Shown here: positions 46,560 through 59,494 of the stretch, piece after piece
Layout of the letters: each line of letters starts with the position of its first letter
Position numbering within the stretch: the stretch's first letter is position 1
Assembly (NCBI RefSeq): GCF_964194155.1
Contig: NC_135897.1
Location: 77,872,001-77,936,000, forward strand
DNA from: Cetorhinus maximus
Taxonomy: Eukaryota
Reading direction: 5' to 3'
Length of the DNA stretch: 64,000 nucleotides
Made by a program: the position numbers and the translations under genes
The notes under the pieces: generated by a model
Seen by the model: the letters and a program-made list of their open reading frames with translations, nothing else
Databases searched by the model: none
Told to the model about the DNA's origin: nothing

Positions 46560-48642
46560 GCATGGAGCCACTCTTGATGGTGGACATTGAAGCTCTGCGC
46601 CCTTCCACTCCTCACTGTCACTTCCAAACTTGTGTTCAACATGGAGGAGTACTGAGTATTGATTCAGCGGTTAAGAGAGCATGGTAGGAGATAATCAGCA
46701 GGAGGTTTCCTTGCCCACGTTTGACCTGATGCCATGAGGCATTACAGGTTCCAGAATCAATGTTGAGGACTTGCACTGCCGCTCACTGTGCTGCTATTGG
46801 GACAGAATGTACGAAGGGATGGTGATGGATGATTCAGTGAGTATCACCGTGTCAGGTTGTTGCTTGACTAGTCTGTGAGACAGCTCTCCCACTTTAGGCT
46901 GTTGCCAGATGTTAGTGAGGAGGACTTTACAGGGCTGGCTATTTCTTTGTCATATCCAGTACTTTGGTTAAAGTCAGCTGGTACATCGAGTTTTATTGTT
47001 CGGACTTGGGTCAGACCAGGTCAGGCAAGGACGGCAGATTTCCTTCCCAAATGAACCTTATTGAACCAGATGGGTTTTTGCGACCGTCTGGTAGCTTTCA
47101 TGGTCACTATTATTGAGACTAAGGGTTGAATTTTCATCGTCGGTTCAGAAAGCACCTGTCCGGCCATTTCCTGACACTGCGTTCCCAACTTCGGAAAGTC
47201 AGCCCATTCACCTGGAATTTGGTCTCCAAGAGTCAGGTGTGAACTGCATTCAGGGCTGTTACCTCCTGATGCAGGCCCACGACAGCAAGGGAGGCAGGCG
47301 GATGCTGAGATCAGCAGGTTAGAAGGCTTGCCTCGGTTTACTGGGACATCAGCCTAGTTCTACTCATGGTTATTATGCTCTCTAGCCCTCACCCCTCACA
47401 CACCCACTCACTCCCATGCCCTCTCTATTTTCCCCTCATATCTCTCAAGCATGCTCCATACCCCCTCATATATCCTATGCCCCCATGCATCCTCCATGCT
47501 CACTCACTCAATGGTACAGGACCAATGAGCCATATTAAAGCACTGGCAAGTTTTTGAAGTACTCATGAAATAAAAAGAAATTAGCCTTTCAAAATCCACT
47601 TATTGCCTCTTTTACAAGCTCATAAAACTGGCAAGCTCATAAGTGGTTTTTCAATGCTTGTTTGTTTATTTGGACAGGATTGGGAGATGTTAAGTGGGTT
47701 AAAGTTTTTTTGCAATGGGAGTATGAATACCTACGTTTGATTGATAGTTTTGTGAGCTTGTAAGAGGGGCAATTGTTTTCAAGGTGATTTTAAAAGGTTT
47801 AATTTTATTTCAGGAGCATTTCAAAGATTTGTCAGTGCTATTATATGGCTCACTGGTTCTATACCTAGTAGATACTGGAAAAGTACTTCAAAGGCTCAAT
47901 GGATGTAAGGACATTAAATAAATGTGAAAATCAAACCACAGGGTCCCCTACATACATTAATATCTGATTCTCCTTAATATTGAATGCAGAAGAGGACTTT
48001 ATCCACTGGATAGCGTACTTGAATGCATCTGAACCCTTACACAGTGCTGGTCAATTTAATGCTCTCTTACCTTTTAAGGACAGAACCCCATTTATTAATC
48101 ACTGCATTAACAACATATTTAACTTATCAAACAGCACCTAATTATGACAGTTCAATTTGGCAAGAACATTTAAACTTACCTGCCAAAAGGTTCCAAACTG
48201 CACAACAGGCTTCCCCCAAGGTTCATGAACTAATTTACCTGCCATACTTCCCCAGCCTTCAGGAACCCACCCGCCTCTATGAAAATAGTGAGCAAAATGG
48301 AAAATTGTATCTGGAATAGATATTTGAATAGCAAAACCAGCGTCATTTTACATAAGCATTGAGTCGTGACCTGCTGTGTTTCCTGACCCAAGGATAATGG
48401 CAGGTGGTGGGAATGGATTGGTAAGTATAAGATTGTGGCTGCATATCCCTCCAGTTTGGTATTTCGATGCGGGTGTGCTCTGGGAGAGGAAAATTCAGTC
48501 CTAACATTTTATTCCAGATTTATTGAATTAAATTTAAATTTTCCCAAGCTTCCATGGAGGGAATTGAATTCAAGTCTCCAGATGATTAGTCCAGGCCTCT
48601 GGAACACTGGTAGACTAACATGAGCACTCTGCTACTATTCCC
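46560..48642 (-). mobile_element. 5' part of LINE-B: tRNA-like head plus AP-endonuclease start, split by a Harbinger element
   Basis: Head tagcagagtgc..gaattcaattccc (48642-48505) rejoins at 47119; then KVLLTNIW..KVGELSHRLVKQQPDTVILTES (APE N-terminus, ~46925-46830). Confidence 0.7.
47123..48501. mobile_element. Non-autonomous PIF/Harbinger element, 1379 bp
   Basis: TIRs gggttgaattttc / gaaaattcagtcc, flanked by a perfect TAA target-site duplication (47120-47122 and 48502-48504). Confidence 0.85.
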
Positions 48643-49967
48643 TCGGTGATGATACCACCAATTCTTGCTACACACAGCAATAAACGGCCAGTATATTGGA
48701 ATTAATCCAAAATATCTAAGTTAGCCAGATCAGAATGGAGGGAACTCTCTGATCCATTGTGACGGATTGTACACTTTATTATTCAGCACCACTCACAGTG
48801 GAACGGAGTCTGTTAAGCAGGGCAGGTAAACACAGTGTTTAAAGAGCTACAGGCAGCTGAAAAGACATGGTCAGTTTGCGGCGGACCGGTTAATTTAAAC
48901 GAAGGAAAATGTCCTAGAGTTTTCACAGAGATGGAGAGTGGTTAAGTAGAGACAGAGAAAGAAAATCTGTACAATGGGTGAGCAGAGCCCAGCGTAAGAC
49001 TAAATAGTATAACACGAGGTCAATACTGCCCTTGTAAATCGTAAAACAAGAACATTTGTGCTCTCCTGACTGGCCACCCATATTATAATAACCACATTGA
49101 AAAGAAAACAGTGACTTATATTACCATGTGTAGCAGCACATAATATAGCCACATCATCAAAACTAGAAGAAGCAATTCAATAACTCATCTTGAATGTATT
49201 GAGCTGCATGAGGTGGATTTTCAGAAACAGAGTTACAATGACACGCAATCTGGCTTTAGATTACATTGACAGAAAGGTGCAATATTACCAATGCACAAAT
49301 ATGCAAGTCTAGTCGTTTACAACGGTAATGGTGCTTTCTTAGGGCATTTTAGGACTTGTTGTTTTAATGAAAGACTCTGACTTGGTTGTTCATGCCATAT
49401 TAAACCAGTCATGGATAATGTTCTATCCATGAATAGCTGAAACATTCATGCAAGGAGCACTAAACTGTCCTTCTCAAGAACTAACTGTCAAGCACCAGAG
49501 GATGAGAATGAAAAGTGCGAAAAACTTGGGTTTTCTGACTTGGGTTCAGCAGAGAGGTCAGAAATTGCAAAGCAATTGAAAGATAACTTGTTACGAAATG
49601 AATTTAATTTAACCACTGATAAGTTGTGACTAAAAGTCATAATCGAATAGTCAGCATCAAAACGTTGCGCAGCCTAAATGTAAGATGACCACTCGGCCCA
49701 AATTTCTAAGACTTGTTTAAATTTTGTCTTTTCGTTGCAAAGCGTAAAATGTTGAGGCACCATTTTTACTGATCCGTGCCTTAAATAATTCTATTTCTAA
49801 AGAGGTAAAAAAATGATGATGATCAGCAACTGATATTTTCTACATATAGCAGGGCTTTCATTCCGACATTCTATTTAGTTACTTGGCCAGTGAATTGGCC
49901 GAACACTTCCATAATGACATCTTTTCCAAGCTCCTTTGGCTTGAATGTACCATTAAGAAGATACGCT

Positions 49968-52104
49968 CCATCATGTTGTGTGGCACTACCACCGTGCTAA
50001 ATGGGACAGACAGATCTGGCAACTCAAGACTGGGCATCCATGAGGCGCTGTGAGCCATCAGCAGCGACAGAAATGTACTCAACCACAATGTGTAACCTGC
50101 ACATCCTCCACTCTACCATTACCCTCAAGCCAGGGGGTCAACCCTGGTTCAATGAAGAGTGCAGGAGGGCGTGCCAGGAGCAACACCAGGTATACCTAAA
50201 AATGAGGTGTCAACCTGGTGAAGCTACAAGACAGGACTACTTGTGTGCCAAGCAGCATAAGCAGCAAATGATAGAGCTAAGCGAATCCACAACCAATGGA
50301 TCAGATCTAAGCTCTGCAGTCCTGCCACATCCAGTCATGAATGGTGGTGGATAACTTAAACAACTCACTGGGGGAGGAGGCTCCACAAATATCCTCATCC
50401 TCAATGTTGGAGGAGCCCAGCACATTAGTGCAAAAGATAAGGCTGAAGCATTTGCAACAATCTTCAGCCAGAAGTGCTGAGTGGATGATCTATTACAGCC
50501 TCCTCCGGAGGTTCCCAGCATCACAGAAGCCAGTCTTCAGCTAATTTGATTCACTTCATGTGATATTCAGAAACAGCTGAAGGCACTGGATACTGCAAAG
50601 GCTATGGCCATGACAATATTCCAGCAACAGTACTGAAGACTTGTGCTTCAGAACTTGCCCTGTCCCGGCCAAGTTGTTCTAGTACAGCTACAACACTGGC
50701 ATCTACCCAGCAATGTGGAAAATTGCCCAGGTATGTCCTGTACACAAAAAGCAGGACAAATCCAACCTGGCCAATTACCGCCCCATCAGTCAACTCTCTA
50801 TCATCAGTAAAGTGATGAAAGGGGTCAAAGGTGCTATCAAGCGGCACTTGCTTGGCAATAACCTGCTCACTGACGTCCAGTTTGTGTTCTGTCAGGGTAA
50901 CTCACCTTCTGACCTCATTACAGCCTTGGTTCAAACATGGACCAAAGAGCTCAACTACAGAGGTGAGGTGAGAGTGACTGCCCTTGATATCAAGGCAGCA
51001 TTTGATCAAGTGTGGTATCAAAGAGCCCTAGCAAACAACTGGAGTCAATGGGAATCAGGGAGAAAACTCTGCTGGTTGGAGTCATGCCTAGCACAAAGGA
51101 AGATGTTTGTGGTTGTTGGAGGTCAATCACCTCAGTTCTAGGACATCACTGCAGGAGTTCCTCAGGGTAATGTCCTAGGCCCAACCATCTTCAGCTGTTT
51201 CATCAATGACCTTCCTTCCATTATAAGGTCAGAAGTGGGGATGTTCCCTGATGATTGCACAATGTTCAGCACTATTCACGACTCCTCAGATACCAAAGCA
51301 GTCCATGTGCAAATGCAGCAAGATCTGGACAATATCCAGGCTTGGGCTGAAACGTGGCAAGTAACATTCACACCACATAAGTGCCAGGCAATGACCATCT
51401 TCAACAAGAGGGAATCTAACCAGCACCCCTTGATATTCAATGGCATTACCATTGCCAAATCCTCCACTATCAACATCCAGGAGGATACCCATTGACCAGA
51501 AACTGAACTGGACTAGCCATATAAATACTGTGGCTACAAGAGAAGGTCAGAGCCTAGGAATCCTGTGGTGAGTAACTCAGCTCCTGACTCCCCACAGACT
51601 GTCCACCATCTACAAGGCACAAGCCAGGTGTGTGATTAATACTCTCCACTTTCCTGGATGAGAGCAGCTCCAACAAAACTCAACACTGACACTATCCAGG
51701 ACAAAGCAGCCCGCTTGATTGGCACCCCTTCCACAAACATTCACTCCCTCCACCACCAACGCACAGTGGCAGCAGTGTGTACCACCTACAAGATGCACTG
51801 CAGAAACTCACCAAGGCTCCTTAGACAGCATCCTCCATACCCACGATCACAACCATCTAGAAGGACAAGGGCAGCAGATACGTGGGAATGCCACCACTTG
51901 GAAGTTCCCCTCCAAGTAACTCACCATCCTGACTTGGAAACATATCGCTGTTTCTTCACTGTCGCTGTGTGGGTACACCTACACCACAAGGACTGCAGTG
52001 GTTCAAGAAAGCAGCTCACCACCACCTTAGGTCTCAAGGGCAATTAGGGATGTGCAATTAATGCTGGCCCAGCCAACGAAGCCCACAATCGGTAAATGAA
52101 AAAT
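49968..52104 (+). mobile_element. CR1-clade LINE-B, 5'-truncated and pseudogenised RT
   Basis: PWFNEECRRA, WKIAQVCPVHKKQDKSNLANYRPISQLSIISKVM, ALDIKAAFDQV, GVPQG, MFPDDCTMF; 3' tail at 52000-52104. Confidence 0.95.
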
Positions 52105-52610
52105 ATTATCTTCAAGCTCAAAGGTTTTAATGATCTCTCCCTCCCTTACAATGCTATGCATTCCCTAACACTGGTCTTATTCTTGTCCTCCATTCCTTTT
52201 GCTGTGCCACTGGTAGTCACTCAGACAGCTTTCGTGGTGCTGATCCCTGGAACTCCATGGTCACCGCCTTCCTCCCTGCAGAAAAGGATTGTCAAAATCC
52301 TTCATCTCCATCATGCCAACAGTCCTTCACCCTAACACTATTCATTTTTCCCTTCCCGTGTGGCATCTACACTTCTGTCCACTGCATGTGCAGGTGCCTG
52401 TGTAACAGAACTTTCATTTATGTGGTGCTTGCAAAACCATTTTCACAATGCTTTCCACATTCAATTGCTTTTGAAAAACAGTGATTGTTGCTATATGGAC
52501 AAATATCTGTTAGCACCGTGCTGTCTGAATAAGGCAACATCAAATCATAGTGTTTTCCTTTAGACTGGCTATTATGGTTCTGGAGAGTAGTTATTCAATG
52601 TTTGAAACGC

Positions 52611-52762
52611 ACTTCCTAACAGCACTGTCGGTGTAGCTACGCCACATGCACTGCAGCAGTTCAGGTAGGCGGCTCACCACAACCTTCCCAAGGGCAATTA
52701 AAGATGGGCAACAAATGCTGGCCTAGCCAGTGACACCCACATCCCATGAAAGAATAAAAAAA
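52611..52762 (+). mobile_element. LINE-B 3' tail
   Basis: cttcctaacagcactgt...aagggcaattaaagatgggcaacaaatgctggcc...cccatgaaagaataaaaaa. Confidence 0.88.
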
Positions 52763-53964
52763 GCTAGATCATCTGTATAATCGAGTAGGTTCAATGACAA
52801 CTCACCACACAGCAGTGGTGAGTGGGCTATAAGCACCAAAGAAAGCAATTTTAGTTTTTCATGTAGCATTCCCCTAGACAAACAATAAAACATTTGGCAA
52901 TGTAAGGATTGCCTTGGTATCGAGCCTTCCTTCTTGAACACTTACTACCACATTACCTTCTTCACAGAGATACACCACAATTAATCACTGAGATTAATTG
53001 CACTGGCTCTCCCCGATTAACGATCAAGGTGGAAAGGAATGATCTCATTACTTTTAGATAATGAATTTTGTGGATAGAACAATGATATTAAATTGACCTG
53101 TGATTTATTTCTGTTACAAACTACCTCTGTTACAGCGTAGCCAGCTTTGACCTATATAAACGCTGCATTTTAGTGCCAGAAGAAGTTGGAATAAAATATT
53201 ATTTCTGTCAAATACAGAACAGCAAAAGGCTAAATTAAACCCGCTGTAGCTAATTGAAGAGCGGCATATACAGCGAGCTCCACCCAAATAATTATTTCAC
53301 GAATTAGCATTTTTGCTTAAAGGGCGGATGTTATGATAATGTGTCCCTAAAAAGCTGATGAATTTTGTGATCCCTTTGCAGAGATGCATCACGGTCAGGA
53401 AACAGGGCCCTAAATTGAAAGCTCCAAAGTCAATTATAAAAGGGGATTAGTGCAACATGGTGTTCCCTCGACTCAAGCCCAAAAATGCCCGAAACCTTTT
53501 GTTTGCCAGTGTGCCATTTACACTTCCGTTATCGGCCAAATTTAGAGTCTTAGAGGAGAGAGAGAGAGAGCAGATGCACATTTATGAGTAAGTGAGAAAA
53601 CATGAGAGAACGCAAGCGACAGGCTGAGAGTACAAGAGAGACACATGGAGAGGAAGGGGAAAGGAGGTAATGTAATTTTAGTTTAATTCATAGTAAATGA
53701 AGCATTTCGCGATGTTTGAAATTTGTGAATGATTATATAATCCAAGCTTTTTCTTTACAAATTAACATTGAATAAACAAAGTTAATGCTCTGATCTTCTG
53801 CCTTATCAAACACATCAATTTAGATAGCTACAGCTCTTCTAAAAGTAAGAGGCGATACCTAAGAAATTTGATTCTAGAATTCTTGATATGATCTAACTAG
53901 TCTTGTATGGTGGTATTTGGCGAAGTCTGCAAATGATCTCTAAAAGGATGTGATACTTGCTTTG

Positions 53965-54435
53965 CTACAAAAAGGGAGAATACTGCACAAACAGCAACAC
54001 CCCTTAAAGAGCAGAAAGGAGCACAGAATTGAAAAAGACAGCCAAGTGCTGGGTAGAGGGTGAATTTGAACACAGCATAAGGTGAATGGAAAACTGCATA
54101 AAATGGAAAGGAGAATGCTGCATAAATGGTGAAGCTGTAGAAAAGGGAAAGGGAATGCTCCGTGAAAGAGGTGAGGAAAATTGTGCAAGAACAGAGGAAA
54201 TGCTGCAGAAAAAGGAGGGAAATGCTATATAAAAGGGACAAGGAATGCTGCAAAAAAAGGAGAGAGAGCGCTGTATAAATATATGGAAAGCTGTTTAAAC
54301 AGGTGGGGAATACTGCCGAAAAGGGAGGGGGAATGTCACAGAAAAGGGAGGGGGAATGTCGCAGAGAAGGGAGGGAGAATGCTACAGAAAAGGGACGGGG
54401 AATAACGCAGATGAGGAATGATGCATAAAAGGGGC
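53965..54435. repeat. Degenerate purine-rich minisatellite, ~22-bp unit
   Basis: gaaaagggagggggaatgtcaca / gaaaagggagggggaatgtcgca / gagaagggagggagaatgctaca etc. Confidence 0.8.
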
Positions 54436-54946
54436 AGGCTAGGTCTCCATTAGGAGGAACTCACACGGTATCTGTAAAGTAATTCCATCAATACCTGGGA
54501 ACCACCTATAGGTTGTCAATGTGGACAAATAGCGTGAATTTGCAGTAGAAGGCTTTTCCATTACACATCACTCCATCACATTGATAAATCTTGCATTTTC
54601 CAAGGGAAGTGAAAAATTCTGGGATGTGGCACAATTTAAAAAAAAGAACAAGTCCAGAACATGAAAGGGGCATTTGAAATAACATCATCCAGAATGTAGA
54701 GGTACCTGAAATGAAGTATCTTTCTACAATGAAGCTACTGTGGTGTGATATAACACTTGTTACCATTCAGAATGCAAGGAGTACTGGGATGTCACAGTGA
54801 AGTTGATTCAATGTACAACAATACGGGACAAATGAAAAGGTGCACCTTGCTGTGCTCGGTCCTTGATCTAAGCTGCATTGAGCATGGAGCCGAAAATACT
54901 GCACGTCCCGAGCAGGAAGAAGAAAATCTTAAGGGGAAGCCACACA

Positions 54947-55394
54947 ATATGGAAACATAGAAAATAGAAGCAGGAGTAGGTCATTCGGCCCTTCAAGCCT
55001 GCTCCACCATTCAATATGATCATGGCTGATCCTCTATCTCGACGCCATATTCCCGCTCTCTCCCCATATCCCTTGATGCCTTTAGAGGCTAGAAATCGAT
55101 CTATTTCCTTCTTAACTATGCTCAGTGACTTGGCCTCCACAACTCTCTGTAGTAGAGAATTCCACAGGTTCGCCACCCTCTGAGTGAAGAAGTTTCTCCT
55201 CATCTCAGTCCTAAATGGCCTACCCAGTATCCTGATATTGTGACCCCCGCCCTCCCCCCAGCCAGAGGAAACATCAGCCCTGCATCCAGTCTGTCCAGCC
55301 CTGTCAGAATTTTATACATTTCAATGAGATCCCCTCTCATTCTTCTAAACTCCAGTGAACTCAGGCCTAGTCGGCCCAGCCTCTCCTCATATGA
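54947..55394 (-). mobile_element. CR1/HER1 3' fragment
   Basis: MRRNFFTQRVANLWNSLLQRVVEAKSL; tail atatggaaacatagaaaatag. Confidence 0.92.
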
Positions 55395-56510
55395 TAATGA
55401 TAATCTCTGGCTGACACTGACAATAGCAGATCACGTGCCAACAGACAAAATAGACTACAGGCAATAAGGGAGAACTTGCCCAGGATATCCTCAGCCTAAG
55501 TTTTCACAAACATTAAACACTGCTAATCACTGTCACAAAATGTGCAAATAACAATGTGACTAAACACCACCAGCGCCTTTAAAAAAAAATGTAATTTCAG
55601 ACTCCCATCTTTTTCACAGCAATAGAAGCTAGAGATGGATGGAAAAAAAATACTGTTATGATTGCCAACATAGCATCTCTGCTTTAGTTCCTATCAGATA
55701 TAAATTTGTCCATTTCATATTTCAAATCCATATTGTTCCAAGTAATCTGCTGCAAACTTGCACTTTCCAGATAAAAGGAAAAACCAGCAAATACAGTTCC
55801 AAATAAAAATGAGTATCTATAATCAAAATAAGACAATTTCCACTTTAGTACAAGTGGCCATAACAGGACCACCAGATTATTGCAAGGCCCATGTTTCTTG
55901 TTGCTACAGTTTAGACAGTCAGCAAAAACCTCAGCTGAAGGCTTGAAATTCCTCCTAATGCAACAGGAGGATGTTGTTGTTTTTTTCCGTAATTGGCCAG
56001 ACACCCATGAAACTGTATTCACAAAATTTACATGTTCCAATGTTGCACCTTCTGGCAGTGTTGCTAAAAGAGGTTCCCAATCCTCCATCTCTGCGGTTTG
56101 AAGGATTGGATTATTCAGAATGTTTTAAAAAAATATATATACCATCAAGAGATACAACTAATTACTCCAATGCATTGTGCTACAGAGCGATAAAGTGTGG
56201 GTGTAAAAATTCCCCTCAAAAATTGTGCAAATACACTGTCTATGGAATAAAAACTGGTAACATCTTGTGCCACAAAGGTGGTAGGACCCCAGTCTCATTA
56301 TCATTACCTCCCTTTACTGAGTTTCCAATGACAGCTTTATTCTTGGAAGGAGTAAAGGTAAGGTACTTGTCAAGCAAGGACATAGAAAACTCAGAGTCAG
56401 TTCAATGTGCTTTAACCAAGTAACCATTCTTCATGCATGGGCCAAGAGAGTGAGACTAGTCTGAATAGACATAGTCAGACTATGAAGGGCATCATAACTG
56501 AGCTTGATCC

Positions 56511-56728
56511 TGTCGTAGGTATGTATACTCCAAAAAGCCAGTTGGAGAAAGATAGAACTGGGGAAAACCTTTACACACTTTTATAAGCATTTATTTACAG
56601 AGTTACACATTACAAGCATGCAACTCCTAATCCAACAACCACAGTGTCTATTTATAAGGGCACAAGTGATTCCCCAGTTAATGCCTCCCACCTGTAAACA
56701 ATTAAACACAATTAATATATAGCTAACA
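56511..56728 (-). mobile_element. Short solo-LTR-like element, same family as 5950
   Basis: TGTC...TAACA; homology to 5950-6159. Confidence 0.55.
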
Positions 56729-57099
56729 TTTGGACACAGGAATGTACACATTCCCAAGCATAAGCCACTGGATAGGAATCAAGGGAAGAACCCTCGGCTA
56801 CCTTTGCCCATCTGAGCTCTTGGGCACCAAGGTCAATTATAGCGCCCCAATTGTCACCTCAGCTGACAATAAACTGAGCACACACAGAAAACATGTTGCC
56901 ATACTAAGCTTAGTAATACCCTGGGCCACTGGGGTGCTAGACAAACTGTTTTAAAACTGAATCTAATAAAAACACTCAATCCATTGCATCTGGATTTTGG
57001 AATATCATTTAATTCTACATAAGTCCATTACTTATTTTTTGCTTTCCCATAAGGTACACGCCTTATATGGCATGTTAAACTAAGGTCCCTTCTGTCTAC

Positions 57100-58020
57100 A
57101 TAGGTTTGTCTCTGCCAGAAAATTGTGGATTCAAGCCCCATTCCAACACTTCGGGAAGAATCACCCGCTGACGTGTAAAATGATGCGTGGTGACATCGGG
57201 CGGGCGTCATTTAGATTTTCAGTAGAGTAGGTGGACAGCCGACTCGGCTGCATGCCCGCCGAACTGTCAAAGGCCTATTAAGGCCATTAACAAAGTAATT
57301 AAAGTAGTTAAGAATGCTGCCCGTCTAACCTTAAGATTGGCGGGGGGCAGGCGAAGAGCCCAGGCAGCCTTCACATTTTTCATGAAACCTCATCCACGGG
57401 TGGGATGAGGTTTCATGAAGGGTCTATTAATTAAATTAAAATTTTTAAAATATTTGATAAACGTGTCCTAGCTCATGTGACACTGTCACATGAAGGGATA
57501 TGTCTAAATAATTTTTCTCTGTCTTTAATAAAAACTTTCATTCCGAACTTAATCTCCCTGAGGCAGCTCCATGCCTCAGGGAGATTTCTGCGCTCTTTCA
57601 CATGCATACCCAAAAGAACGCAGGCCCCGACTCATGGAATCCCCCCCGCCTGCACAGGGAGTGCTCAGCGCTTCCGGACGCATGTCACGTTGGGCGGGCC
57701 TTAATTGGCCCGCCCACATAAAATGGCGGTGCCGCCTCGATTGGGGGCGCCGATCGGGTTCGCACACGTCCCTGCACAACCCCACCGATGGGGGGAAATT
57801 TATGCCCTTGAGCACATAATCTAGGCTACCATTTCAGTGCGGTCCTGAGTGACTGTTGCTGTGGTCTAAGTACTGCTCGATATCCTTCCCGCAACGATGA
57901 TACAGGTCATTTATTTCATTGTAGGATCCTGCTGTGTACAAGATGGCTGCAGTGTCTTCCTGCAATAACAACAATCTCTTCAAAGTAATTAAGTGTTCAT
58001 GAAGTACTTAAGGACATTTT
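57100..58020 (+). mobile_element. SacSINE1-type SINE interrupted by a MITE
   Basis: ggattcaagccccattccaacactt | gagcacataatctaggct rejoins the SINE consensus seen at 31856. Confidence 0.75.
57153..57807. mobile_element. Harbinger-type MITE
   Basis: TIR-like gggaagaat / aaatttatgccc; 3-bp flanks ttc/ttg; internal palindromes catgaaacctcatcc..ggatgaggtttcatg and ctccctgaggca..tgcctcagggag. Confidence 0.8.
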
Positions 58021-58477
58021 CAACAGACATATTGATGTAAATTACAGTCTTTCTTTCCTCTTCAACTTCTTTCAGTGTAGATGGTTTAGTAAGGCTGAAA
58101 TATCGATTTGTGCACAATTTGTGTACAGGAAAGGCAATGTTGTCCAAAATTGTACATCTAAAAAGGTTCCTCACTCCTATTTTTCTTTATAGCTGAATAA
58201 ATAGCAAGCTACATGAAGTCATCAGAAAAACACTAATCCCTTCAGGAATATCATGTGGGAGAAACAGCATGACTTATTCTATTTTCTCTTTCATCTTTCA
58301 AGACTAAGAGAAAGTTGAATGTTATGTTACGTGATTTAGGTTAAGGAGTTAGGACTGACCCTCACTGACTCTTGAATGGAATTGATTTACCCAAAAATCA
58401 AGGAGGGAAAAAAAAATTCTGCAGAGACAGCTATCTGACCCAGAGAGAATATATATTGCAGTAACACGATCACCCAT

Positions 58478-58614
58478 TTGCCAGGGATAAGTATTGGTCA
58501 GGACAATGGGTAGAGCTCTCCTGCTCTGCTTCGAAATAATGCCATATGATCTTTTATATCCACCTGAGAGGGAAGATGAGACTTCAATTTAACATCTCAT
58601 CTGAAAGATGGCAA
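58478..58614 (-). mobile_element. SacSINE1-type core fragment
   Basis: ctcctgctctgcttcgaaataatgccatatgatcttttatatccacctgagag..tttaacatctcatctgaaagatggca. Confidence 0.75.
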
Positions 58615-59494
58615 TTGTACTTTTAAGTCGTATTAAGGTCACTAAATTTCAAAAATGTAGCTCCATGTCATATGATAGGAACAACTTTGTTTTACATTGT
58701 TGTGCTACATCATAAAGGAGTAATAAGAGGATTAACTTACTGCAAGAAGTAGATAGACTATTTTCAGGGAAAGAATACTCTATTTCATTGTCACAAAATA
58801 AAGAAAGTTTTGAGAGTATCCATCACACTATGAATGTCAATATGTCATATAAAACACCAATGGATGAATCATAACTGAAAAGCCTTTAAATAAAATATAC
58901 ACAATAGGAAATAAAGGCAGTCATTTCCTACTTTCTGACATTGACAAAATCTGGCATCTTTCCAAGGAAGGAACCAAAGGATTTGCCAAACTTGAGAAAC
59001 TTCCGACAAAAGTAATTAACTTGCAGTTGGTCTCCAGTTGATACTATTTAGAGCGCTTCCACACAGAGTAGCTGAGCAGTGGCCTTAAAGGGATAGGTCA
59101 AGTTGACATTTGACATTACAACATCCTCCAGTTCCCAAAATAGCCAAAAGCAATGTCTTGGTAAAAGTGCTAACACTGCACGACCATCCTTTTTGCAGTG
59201 ATCGTTTCCCTGTGTTGTTTAGGCCATACATTATTTTATAGAATTATATATTAATTTACGTGTGTGCTTAATGTGCCCAAAACTTAAGCACATTGCTGGA
59301 AATTTTCGCACAATCAAAAAACACAATTTCCTTACTTCATTGATGGAACTACTGAAGGGAGATGAAGGAGCTGCATCATTCAAATTGTTTTGGCATGAGT
59401 TAGGTCCTTTTTTGTCTCAGACTTCAGAACTGCTCCTGAGGTCCCCATCAATTCTTTATGCCATTGCACCTCCGTTATATTTCACTGTCTTTAA

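Noticed and set aside
5950-56728. A single giant LTR element bounded by the two TG..CA repeats
   Set aside because: The copies are too diverged, there is no shared TSD, and no gag/pol lies between them.
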